Shown here: positions 10,841 through 17,850 of the stretch, in pieces
Position numbering within the stretch: position 1 is the stretch's first letter
Layout of the letters: every line of letters begins with the position of its first letter
Source of the DNA: an uncultured Gammaproteobacteria bacterium
GTDB taxonomy: Bacteria; Patescibacteriota; Microgenomatia; CAZETR01; Amesbacteraceae
Assembly: GCA_964518565.1 (NCBI GenBank)
Contig: CAZFGX010000001.1
Location: 360,409 to 424,408, forward strand
Direction: 5' to 3'
Length of the DNA stretch: 64,000 nt
Notes under the pieces: generated by a model
What the model was told of the DNA's origin: nothing
Seen by the model: the letters and a program-made list of their open reading frames with translations, nothing else
Databases searched by the model: none
Made by a program: the position numbers and the translations under genes

Positions 10841-11254
10841 CTAATGATTTCCTGGCAACGCTGCCCAGGTATCGTCCAAGATCTTTCTTACACCAGCCGG
10901 AATCCAGTATTCCCATGACGGACTTTTTGTCCGCAGAAAATACCCTTGTTCTGACTGAGTTCCGATCTCGAGCTGATCTACTTGGTATCGATTTTTTACC
11001 GACTTGGCCGGATCTCGCGCCTCAAACACATGAAACCAAGAAAAGTGAGCTGGTGGTTTCCCTAAATAATCACCAGATTGCTTGATCACATGATCAATAA
11101 AATTTGATCCTGGCTCAAATGCGATACGTCGACTGCAATCAAACAGATGCACCCCGCTATACACAATGCCTTTGGATACGATCACCAACAGGCGATTTTG
11201 CGGATTGTTCGGCGAACCCAAGAAAAAATATTGAATCTTCACGCATTCCTCCAA
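10841..11254 (-). CDS. hypothetical protein (137 aa)
   Basis: ORF in higher-GC block; first of five co-directional small ORFs downstream of tRNA-Lys. Confidence 0.4.
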   Translation of the reverse strand: MEECVKIQYFFLGSPNNPQNRLLVIVSKGIVYSGVHLFDCSRRIAFEPGSNFIDHVIKQSGDYLGKPPAHFSWFHVFEARDPAKSVKNRYQVDQLEIGTQSEQGYFLRTKSPSWEYWIPAGVRKILDDTWAALPGNH

Positions 11255-11305
11255 AAAGAAAAATGCGCCTGAAGCTTTGCAAAAAGCCCCAGGCGCAACG
11301 TATCT

Positions 11306-11581
11306 TTAGACATTGTGCCGATTGGCGCTGACAATAGTCGAAGCTGCCAAAGCTGTGATCGCGAGCACAATTGCCCCTATTCCACAAAACAGCGCCAAAA
11401 ACAGACGCTCTACGATTGGCACATAACCGGCTTGTCTACATATATCGACAAACAAACTACTTGGCACGCACTGTGCCAATTGATGTTGTCGGTATGCTTC
11501 CAGGCCAATCATGGCCAAAAATGCTCCTAGGAAAAAGACAAAACAAAATGCCCCCAGTGCTTGCCTTGTACCTTTGTCCAT
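11306..11581 (-). CDS. hypothetical small membrane protein (91 aa)
   Basis: ORF with 2-3 hydrophobic helices; GC about 50%. Confidence 0.35.
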   Translation of the reverse strand: MDKGTRQALGAFCFVFFLGAFLAMIGLEAYRQHQLAQCVPSSLFVDICRQAGYVPIVERLFLALFCGIGAIVLAITALAASTIVSANRHNV

Positions 11582-11594
11582 AAAGCTACCCTCC

Positions 11595-11948
11595 TTAACG
11601 AGGAATTCTCTTTTGCTTGGGTCGGTGCCAACTCATGAGTTGGTCAAAATGCCACAAGATTTCCTCGACCACTTTGGCATCACTGACCAATGCCTCAATC
11701 CACATTCGCCGAGTTCGATACAACATCAGCCGAAAACATAGATACCGTCTTGTCGCCGCCTCATGAATCGCGTCTCGCAACGCAATCGCGATTTGATCCG
11801 ATGACATAGACTTTCCTTGATGCTTCGACAGTGTCCGGCAAATTTGCATCCGGACTGGCTTTGGTAGCCAACGTGTCTTCAAACATTTCATGCAAGCTTC
11901 CACATCTTTGGGTATCACGTATCTTGAAGGTCGATTTTCACTGTTCAC
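11595..11948 (-). CDS. hypothetical protein (117 aa, Arg-rich)
   Basis: ORF only; strand choice by operon context. Confidence 0.35.
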   Translation of the reverse strand: MNSENRPSRYVIPKDVEACMKCLKTRWLPKPVRMQICRTLSKHQGKSMSSDQIAIALRDAIHEAATRRYLCFRLMLYRTRRMWIEALVSDAKVVEEILWHFDQLMSWHRPKQKRIPR

Positions 11949-12172
11949 GAAAACTTCTCCTTTTTCAGATTTTGTAACATCTGATTCATGAAAGTTGCTT
12001 GTGGATCACTACTGGGGGTAGTGTCCTCAAACATCGGTAAGGACTTCGTGGTCTCCCATAAACTGCCCATCACACGCACTCGAAAAGCCTCTTGGCCTTC
12101 AGACTCAGAATACTCAGGCAGTCCTAGGTCTTGGGCTATTTCTATCAACCGCTCCAAACAAACATCTGGCAT
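11945..12172 (-). CDS. hypothetical protein (75 aa, acidic)
   Basis: ORF only; 4-nt overlap with downstream ORF. Confidence 0.3.
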   Translation of the reverse strand: MPDVCLERLIEIAQDLGLPEYSESEGQEAFRVRVMGSLWETTKSLPMFEDTTPSSDPQATFMNQMLQNLKKEKFS

Positions 12173-12244
12173 TACGCCTCCAGAAAGTTAAGGTGCTCCG
12201 TAAAAAACGGATGAGTAATTATAGCGTAAATCCAGTTTGTATTA

Positions 12245-12592
12245 TCAGTTCTGTCGCATGTCTGCAGCTGGAAAACGTAACACACCAGTGTACCAGAGCA
12301 GGCTGTTCGCAATATTTGTCTCTTTGTCGCGAAACATTCTCTGGATTTCAGCCACTGATTCGCATACGTACAAATATTCCCGACTATCATCCATTTGACC
12401 ACAAATCAAATTGCGCAGCGGATCATCTATTTCTGGCATCTCACTCGGCAATTCGTTCAAGGCAAATGGCTTCAGATCGCGCACCAATGTCCCTTCAGAA
12501 TTTCGTCTTAGTCCCAAATTAACCATAGAGTATCGCTCCTTTGTAAAACTGCAAGTTCCGAAGAAAGTTTTCGGTAGCAAATTATACCGCAC
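12245..12592 (-). CDS. hypothetical protein (115 aa)
   Basis: ORF starting 15 nt downstream of tRNA-Lys 3' end. Confidence 0.35.
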   Translation of the reverse strand: MRYNLLPKTFFGTCSFTKERYSMVNLGLRRNSEGTLVRDLKPFALNELPSEMPEIDDPLRNLICGQMDDSREYLYVCESVAEIQRMFRDKETNIANSLLWYTGVLRFPAADMRQN

Positions 12593-12606
12593 TACAGGCC
12601 AAATTA

Positions 12607-12678
12607 GTGAGGCGACTGGGACTCGAACCCAGAACCCACAGCTTAAAAGGCTGGTGCTCTACCATTGAGCTATCGCCC
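12607..12678 (-). tRNA. tRNA-Lys (anticodon TTT)
   Basis: reverse complement GGGGCGATAGCTCAATGGTAGAGCACCAGCCTTTTAAGCTGTGGGTTCTGGGTTCGAGTCCCAGTCGCCTCA folds as a cloverleaf; anticodon loop CTTTTAA; T-arm GGTTCGAGTCC; no encoded CCA. Confidence 0.85.
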
Positions 12679-12732
12679 CAGAAGGGGTAATCTGGTCAAT
12701 TATAGCCTCTCTTTCGCTTTCCTGCACCTGAG

Positions 12733-13182
12733 TTGGCATATAAAATAGGGAGTATGGTTTGGCTAGAAGCATTCTTTTTGTTCATTTGGCTGAAGTGTAT
12801 TTGGGTAGGCGTGCACAGTAAACAGATGTTCAAACCTACTCCAGCCTTGTTTCCATTAGGCATATACGTATATGGAGACGGAATAATAGTTGGTGCATGG
12901 TGGAGTTTGTTGACACTTCTCACATTGGCTATTGGTAGTTGGGACTGGTGGGCGCTGGGAGCGTGTTGTTTTTGGTTAATTAGAGCTGGTGGGGAAGTGA
13001 TCTATTGGCTTATCGAGCAGTTTGCCGCTACACACCGAAATAATCCTAGAGACCTGTGGGGTTATCGTTGGGTAAAAGATGAATCTATTTGGTTTATATA
13101 TCAATTAATAAACCAATGTTTTATGATTTTTGCATTGCTGGGTATTTTTTATTTTGTAAAACGTATCTACTTCGGTGACTGA
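12733..13182 (+). CDS. hypothetical Trp-rich membrane protein (149 aa, about 4 TM)
   Basis: ORF between the two tRNA genes; hydrophobic segments. Confidence 0.5.
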   Translation: MAYKIGSMVWLEAFFLFIWLKCIWVGVHSKQMFKPTPALFPLGIYVYGDGIIVGAWWSLLTLLTLAIGSWDWWALGACCFWLIRAGGEVIYWLIEQFAATHRNNPRDLWGYRWVKDESIWFIYQLINQCFMIFALLGIFYFVKRIYFGD

Positions 13183-13217
13183 TATCCAGTCTTTCAGGTA
13201 TAATATATCTGTTATTT

Positions 13218-13290
13218 GGCCTTATCGTCTTAGTCCCGCAAGGCGGGACGGTAAAGTGAGTGCCAAGCACGAACGTCTCGGCTAGGACAC
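13218..13290 (+). pseudogene. partial tRNA-Glu 5' portion (acceptor/D-arm to start of anticodon stem) interrupted by a roughly 47-nt insert
   Basis: GGCCTTATCGTCT ... TCGGCTAGGACAC matches the 5' 30 nt of the downstream tRNA-Glu (GGCCTCATCGTCTAGCGGCTAGGACAC); insert carries a hairpin GTCCCGC-AAG-GCGGGAC; a TATAAT box lies about 20 nt upstream. Confidence 0.4.
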
Positions 13291-13304
13291 ATTTAAAATT
13301 TATT

Positions 13305-13376
13305 GGCCTCATCGTCTAGCGGCTAGGACACCGGGCTTTCATCCCGGTAACCGGGGTTCGATTCCCCGTGAGGTCA
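13305..13376 (+). tRNA. tRNA-Glu (anticodon TTC)
   Basis: GGCCTCATCGTCTAGCGGCTAGGACACCGGGCTTTCATCCCGGTAACCGGGGTTCGATTCCCCGTGAGGTCA folds as a cloverleaf; anticodon loop CTTTCAT. Confidence 0.85.
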
Positions 13377-13481
13377 CAAATTATATCCTATAATATTTAC
13401 TTCTTGGGCAATTTTTGCTATACTTCAGCCTCACTCTCGCGCATTGAAAAATTGTGAACTGAAACTTTTGTAGGAGGCTGT

Positions 13482-13895
13482 ATGGGAAAAAGAGCAGTAA
13501 GAAATGATAGTTTTCTCTATCGATATTGGATCTGGGATTTTCCAGAAATTAAGGCTGAAATCGAATCACTATTCGCCGAAGCGGGCACTGTCAAAATCTT
13601 GGATGACGACGAAAATTCGTTGAAAATCGAGTTGGAATTGCATAAACCACTAGCGATAGTTCGAACTAGTGGTGCAGATGGAATTATGGTAAACACCTCC
13701 ACATATACATGTGTGGGGACTAAGCCGTCGGTACATCTGTACCAGATTCCAAAAAAAGGTGATAAAACAATCATTTTTTTCATAGATCTGGAACTAGAAA
13801 CGTCGATTGAATATAAAACGCTAACACCAGACGACTTGCGCCAGGCTATCAGAAGTGTCGCGAAAGCGATGACCGAAACCTGGCACATCATCTAA
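13482..13895 (+). CDS. hypothetical protein (137 aa)
   Basis: ORF with AGGAGG-like RBS (gtaggaggctgtATG); first gene of a 4-gene cluster. Confidence 0.55.
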   Translation: MGKRAVRNDSFLYRYWIWDFPEIKAEIESLFAEAGTVKILDDDENSLKIELELHKPLAIVRTSGADGIMVNTSTYTCVGTKPSVHLYQIPKKGDKTIIFFIDLELETSIEYKTLTPDDLRQAIRSVAKAMTETWHII

Positions 13896-13934
13896 AAGAC
13901 AAAAATTCGAAGTTGAATAAAAAGAGAGGTATGT

Positions 13935-14411
13935 ATGGACGAAAAATCTTGGCAAGGAATTGCTATAACCGGACGTTGGGTCTTGGGAACAATTGCACTA
14001 TCTGTATTTGCAATCATGATACTTGTCATGATCTTTACGTATCCCTTTGTCACTCTGTTGCAGGGATATGGGATTGAAGATGTAAACAATCCAAAGATAG
14101 TCGTCATTGCATTGATCATGGTGGTCGCCTTTGTCTGCACGCTTATTTTCAATGGCAACATGATCTTTGGAAATCCTGCTCGAGATGCCGCAATATTCTT
14201 TCTCATTTCGACAGGAATCGTCTGGATATCTTTTGCTGCGAGTGGGATAAGTATGCGTCCAGAAATCGCAGATGCGGCTTGGGATGCAATGCTGTGGTAC
14301 TTTGGAATTTCGGTGTTTAACTTTCTGTTTGAGATCGTTTATTCGATCTTTATGCCCGAAAGTATTGTTGCACCTGAAACCAGTGAGCAAGTAGAAAGTG
14401 AAGGAGCGTAA
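13935..14411 (+). CDS. hypothetical membrane protein (158 aa, about 5 TM)
   Basis: ORF, hydrophobic; RBS agagagg upstream. Confidence 0.55.
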   Translation: MDEKSWQGIAITGRWVLGTIALSVFAIMILVMIFTYPFVTLLQGYGIEDVNNPKIVVIALIMVVAFVCTLIFNGNMIFGNPARDAAIFFLISTGIVWISFAASGISMRPEIADAAWDAMLWYFGISVFNFLFEIVYSIFMPESIVAPETSEQVESEGA

Positions 14412-14413
14412 AA

Positions 14414-14953
14414 ATGAAAAATACAGTAACCGCCGAAGAGATTCTTGCAAGTTTGGCACTAGACGCAGAATGGATGAAAACCCCAAGTGATATCCAAAAA
14501 GTGTTGCAACCATTCATCGGTCAATTGCCAAAACTACTGGCCGATTTGCTGCCAAAAACCGTAAATCTCAAACAGGTTTTGGATGCAAAAATCATTTTCA
14601 TCCGCTACTGTCTGGAAAATGGTTTGATTGCGGCCCTAGCGCCTAATGTCAGAAAAAATCTCAAACTTACAGTAACTCTAGATGGCGAAACATCGGCCAA
14701 TCTTACTGATATTATGGGTGACATATTTGACATGTCAGACATGATCTTAGATGCGTTGACTACTGCTTTGGAACAAGTGACCGAGCTGAGTGCAAATCTA
14801 GATTCAACACTCAAAGACTATGGTTTGACCGAACGTGAGGTATTGGTCAAGATGGGACTTAGTGGCACGACTTTAGAAAAGTATGACCGAGAGTCACTGA
14901 CATTTGCCGATCTGCTGCGCACGCAGCCAATCGTGATTGTCAAAGAAAACTAA
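14414..14953 (+). CDS. hypothetical protein (179 aa)
   Basis: ORF, 3-nt spacing from upstream gene; RBS gaaggag. Confidence 0.55.
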   Translation: MKNTVTAEEILASLALDAEWMKTPSDIQKVLQPFIGQLPKLLADLLPKTVNLKQVLDAKIIFIRYCLENGLIAALAPNVRKNLKLTVTLDGETSANLTDIMGDIFDMSDMILDALTTALEQVTELSANLDSTLKDYGLTEREVLVKMGLSGTTLEKYDRESLTFADLLRTQPIVIVKEN

Positions 14954-14969
14954 AGTATAAAGGAGAAAC

Positions 14970-15329
14970 TTGGCTACGAAAACCTTTTTTCGAGTGTTGA
15001 TTGCCGTAGTTGTTTTGCTGGTAGCTTGCAATTCCGAGCCCGCCAAAATAACTCTGGATGTGGGTGCTCAAATTCTTATTCCTGACGGGTATACGCTAAT
15101 TGGCGTTTCTTCATGGGGTGAGTTTAGTGCACATGAAACCTTCTACTGCAAAAACAACAAAACCGGACGAGCGTATGTATGTAACGACAGAACGATTAGT
15201 ACAGAAATAATTGTTCCCGATGGTTATACCTTGGTAGATGTTACAGGATGGGGGAGATTTAATTATCATCCTATCTACTACTGCCAAAAAAACGGTACAA
15301 ACGCGATTGTAGTTTGTAATCCAAAATAA
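14970..15329 (+). CDS. putative lipoprotein with two tandem roughly 45-aa repeats
   Basis: signal/lipobox LLVAC; repeat 1 ILIPDGYTLIGVSSWGEF..YCKNNKTGRAYVCN, repeat 2 IIVPDGYTLVDVTGWGRF..YCQKNGTNAIVVCN. Confidence 0.55.
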   Translation: MATKTFFRVLIAVVVLLVACNSEPAKITLDVGAQILIPDGYTLIGVSSWGEFSAHETFYCKNNKTGRAYVCNDRTISTEIIVPDGYTLVDVTGWGRFNYHPIYYCQKNGTNAIVVCNPK

Positions 15330-15460
15330 ATCAAAGCACCGAATGGGTGAGGAAAAACAAATAAGTGACGTGACCAAAATGCTTGGCCTACATCACAAGT
15401 TTGTCTTTCCTCTAAAAAACCCATGAGGTGCTTTTTTCGTTTCTGGGGTATACTTTTCCC

Positions 15461-15871
15461 ATGAATCCAATCTCTGTCCAAACTACCGTCAATGCACCTA
15501 TCGAAAAAGTTTGGGAATTTTGGAATGGAGTAGAACATTTTGCTGGGTGGGCATTTGCCTCAGACGACTGGGCAGCTGAAGGAGTAGAAAATAATGTCAC
15601 AGTCGGTGGCCAACTCAAAGTTCACAATTTTGCCAAAGATCAGAGTATGAGCTTTTATTTTCAGGGTACATATACAGTCGTGGAGCCACAAAAATTACTA
15701 GAGTTTGATCTCAGTGACACCCGTCATGTCCGAGTAGAATTTGTTCCCATAGAGGGTGGTGTCCAAGTGGTCGAGACATTTGATCCAGAAAATGAAAATT
15801 CAATAGATATGCAGCGCGCCGGCTGGCAAGCCTATCTAGACAACTTCAAAAAATACGTCGAATCGCACTAA
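15461..15871 (+). CDS. SRPBCC (AHSA1/START-like) domain protein
   Basis: motif NAPIEKVWEFW typical of Aha1-like SRPBCC ligand-binding fold; ATG at 15461 preferred over upstream GTG. Confidence 0.6.
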   Translation: MNPISVQTTVNAPIEKVWEFWNGVEHFAGWAFASDDWAAEGVENNVTVGGQLKVHNFAKDQSMSFYFQGTYTVVEPQKLLEFDLSDTRHVRVEFVPIEGGVQVVETFDPENENSIDMQRAGWQAYLDNFKKYVESH

Positions 15872-15894
15872 CTCGTTCGTGCTACCATAAATAT

Positions 15895-16683
15895 ATGGGT
15901 TGGGGCAAAGTAGGTAAAAGAATTTTGGTGCTATGTGTTTTTGTCGGCTTGGGGTTGGCATATGTGTTTGCCTCGGGTTGCAACAATGGCGATATGTTTG
16001 CTCCATTGTGTGGGTTAGGCCAACTCATGTTTTTGGCATTAGGTATTGGCCTGATCGTGGCATTTACCTTGGTCAGTCTGATCATTTTCCGCCCTTGGAA
16101 ATCCTCGGTCTCCGTACTCCCAAACAAGAGTGAGATCTTCAAATTTGTTATCACGCTTTTGTTGGCGATTCCTGTCTGTGGACTTATTTTGGGTGGCATA
16201 TTCTATGGCTATTTAGGAGTCACATTGTTGGCCGACAATCGCACCAAAACCCAAACCATAAACAATTACTCAGTCCAAAATTTCTCTGAATCCCCAGTAG
16301 TCAATCAGGTCACCAAAAAATATACCGCCATCACCGTCAAATTTACTCTGACTGCTGCCAAAGCTGGCAATTATAGTGGAGTGGTTCAGCTAGATGAGTA
16401 TTTTGGCCATTATATGACTACTCGATTCGACGGAGTCTATCTGCCGGCCAACACACCTGTACCATTTATGTTCATTCTTGAACCACAACCTGAATTTTTT
16501 ACCTCACAGGCTAATGGTCCATATTATCTCAATCTAGATATTTGGCCAGTAGATCCGGGCAGTGCGTTTCGCCATGTAAAAATTACTGGCGACAAAAATG
16601 GAACCAATACGTTAGGAGGTCCGACCAAATATATTCCTGGTCTACAAACTCGCAGCTATCTATTTACCGATTTTGCCAATTAA
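15895..16683 (+). CDS. hypothetical membrane protein with extracytoplasmic domain (262 aa)
   Basis: 3 N-terminal TM helices followed by a roughly 150-aa polar domain. Confidence 0.5.
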   Translation: MGWGKVGKRILVLCVFVGLGLAYVFASGCNNGDMFAPLCGLGQLMFLALGIGLIVAFTLVSLIIFRPWKSSVSVLPNKSEIFKFVITLLLAIPVCGLILGGIFYGYLGVTLLADNRTKTQTINNYSVQNFSESPVVNQVTKKYTAITVKFTLTAAKAGNYSGVVQLDEYFGHYMTTRFDGVYLPANTPVPFMFILEPQPEFFTSQANGPYYLNLDIWPVDPGSAFRHVKITGDKNGTNTLGGPTKYIPGLQTRSYLFTDFAN

Positions 16684-17792
16684 ATTCCCAATCCCTGCCA
16701 AAAGTTTTTCAATGCTCCATACGCTGGCTTGTTATAAATACCCCAATAATCTTCATTTGCCTTCTGGTCAAAACAAGTCAAACAAACCCACGACTGACCT
16801 GCGTCAGGTGTGGCCTGATTGGGATCGCCGATTTTTGACCAATCATCGGTAAAAGCAAATAGAAATGCTCCAGCAAAAGTATTTGGTCGTAGCCTGCTCG
16901 CTTGTTCCACAATACTGGTCATCTGTATCAATCGATCTGCCTGAGTGGTCTGGTTTTCACTCATGGTTCGCACATCAAAGCTGTCTGAACCGTATTCATG
17001 TAACAATACTGAGATCCCAGGCCATTGAGTGGTGACACGATCAATTCGAGCCAGTAATCCTGCCAGGGTATCCCATTCATAATCATTTATCGTATACGTA
17101 GTCAGGTGTGGGGCACTAGTTTTGAGATAAGGGAGTGCTACCAAATTTGAGTTGTCAGCATAGAGCACTTGTTTACCTGGAGCAGTTTTAGCTGTCCAGT
17201 CGACCATAGAGCCTATCCAGCTGGCATATGCCTGTCTACTCTCCTGTGTCGGCAATTGTTCAAATACTTCGTTACCTATCAAATAGGCATATACATTTGT
17301 ATTTGTCATCGTATCTTTGACTAAAGCTTGAAATTGGCTGGTTGCTCGCGAAATAGTTGCAGATTGTGTCCAATCTTGAGTAGAGTTAGAAAAATAGCCA
17401 ATCAAAAGCTTCAAATTTCTTTGTTTTGCTACTGGATAGACGGTTTCGCAAAATGTCTTTCCAGAAGTAATATTCCAATTCGAATACCAATCAAATAGAC
17501 CACAGTTATATAGTCCTACTGCCCTGGCTCCTGTATCAGCCAAAGCGTTCATTTGTGCCGAAATACTCGCAGTGTTTGTTTCCAAAGCAGTTTCGTTCAT
17601 GGGGTTGTAGTTTATCCCGCGCAAAAAATCTGTTCGTGTAGGCACCATGGTCGGGGTTGGAATCAAAGTAGGGGTAGGGGAAGGTTTTTTGGACTTTGCT
17701 GACATGGCAAATGAAGGCGCAAATACGACTCCGATTCCTAGCGCTACGACGCTCAAAACAATAAAAAATAATTTTTGCTTTTGCATGAACAA
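16680..17792 (-). CDS. secreted glycoside hydrolase, clan GH-A (GH5-like TIM barrel)
   Basis: signal peptide plus Pro/Thr-rich linker; IGNEVFE (acid/base NE) and LHEYGSD (nucleophile E) motifs spaced as in GH5-type enzymes. Confidence 0.6.
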   Translation of the reverse strand: MFMQKQKLFFIVLSVVALGIGVVFAPSFAMSAKSKKPSPTPTLIPTPTMVPTRTDFLRGINYNPMNETALETNTASISAQMNALADTGARAVGLYNCGLFDWYSNWNITSGKTFCETVYPVAKQRNLKLLIGYFSNSTQDWTQSATISRATSQFQALVKDTMTNTNVYAYLIGNEVFEQLPTQESRQAYASWIGSMVDWTAKTAPGKQVLYADNSNLVALPYLKTSAPHLTTYTINDYEWDTLAGLLARIDRVTTQWPGISVLLHEYGSDSFDVRTMSENQTTQADRLIQMTSIVEQASRLRPNTFAGAFLFAFTDDWSKIGDPNQATPDAGQSWVCLTCFDQKANEDYWGIYNKPAYGALKNFWQGLGI

Positions 17793-17812
17793 GTACTATA
17801 CCATACCCAGAT

Positions 17813-17841
17813 TTGCTAATAGTCCTATAGTATTATATAAT
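17813..17841 (+). promoter_or_regulatory. sigma70-like promoter TTGCTA-17-TATAAT with embedded CCTATAGTATT motif
   Basis: -35 at 17813-17818, -10 at 17836-17841, ATG of GT2 gene at 17851. Confidence 0.5.
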
Positions 17842-17850
17842 ATAGAAGAT

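Noticed and set aside
10801-12522. Plus-strand ORFs (94-109 aa) in the 10.8-12.6 kb block
   Set aside because: They overlap a more consistent non-overlapping series of minus-strand ORFs that begins right after tRNA-Lys and ends at a minus-strand terminator. The strand call remains uncertain.
15330-15460. Weak hairpins (CACC/GGTG, CCTC/GAGG + T6) after the lipoprotein gene
   Set aside because: Stems of only 4 bp; cannot be supported as a terminator from sequence alone.
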